Shown piece by piece: positions 63,795-64,000 of a stretch of DNA of 64,000 bases. The stretch is from Ruditapes philippinarum (taxonomy: Eukaryota). How positions within the stretch are numbered: position 1 is the stretch's first letter; each line of letters starts with the position of its first letter. Location: the NCBI RefSeq assembly GCF_026571515.1, contig NW_026864520.1:310001-374000 (forward strand), in the 5' to 3' direction. A program made the translations under genes and the position numbers. Under the pieces are notes generated by a model. That model was not told the DNA's origin, searched no databases, and was given only the letters and a program-made list of their open reading frames with translations.

Positions 63795-64000
63795 CTGTCA
63801 ATATATATATACATGTTAGTTGAATTTTGAACGTTTATCATGATAAAGTATCATATTGTAAAATGTGAACTACTTATAATTGATAAGGACCTCTATTTTC
63901 CCCACTTACAGTTTATCCAATAACATTCTTAAGAACATACATTTGATTCAAAAAGTATTGTGCCTGTCATCATGTGTAACGACAATCCTGAGTCTAAATT

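Overview
AT-rich eukaryotic genomic DNA with GT-AG introns, not prokaryotic. The repeat families (a ~161-bp satellite inside Helentron/HINE-like elements, tRNA-headed SINEs, a long palindromic MITE) suggest a bivalve mollusc, probably a clam (inference). Five genes were reconstructed by hand with consistent splice phases. (1) SLC25A30/SLC25A14-like mitochondrial carrier, + strand, 8 coding exons, 1711-25928, 300 aa. (2) TMEM126-like mitochondrial membrane protein, - strand, 2 coding exons, 224 aa. (3) A divergent tetraspanin with an intronless CDS, + strand, 43647-44466, split by a single +1 frameshift just before the CCG motif. (4) A signal-peptide, EB/EGF-like Cys-rich, probably GPI-anchored protein, - strand, 8 exons, 299 aa. 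(5) The 3' part of a tandem Ly6/uPAR-like Cys-rich gene, - strand, 6 exons visible, continuing past the right edge. Most of genes 4 and 5 is absent from the ORF track. The rest is intron or intergenic DNA with MITEs, SINEs, HINE-like elements and one truncated LINE. Best leads: the tetraspanin frameshift, an 88-codon open frame directly after the carrier's TGA, a CpG-rich multi-hairpin island in carrier intron 6, triplicated splice acceptors, and a cluster of three divergent Cys-rich surface or secreted genes. None is demonstrated as a new system from sequence alone.
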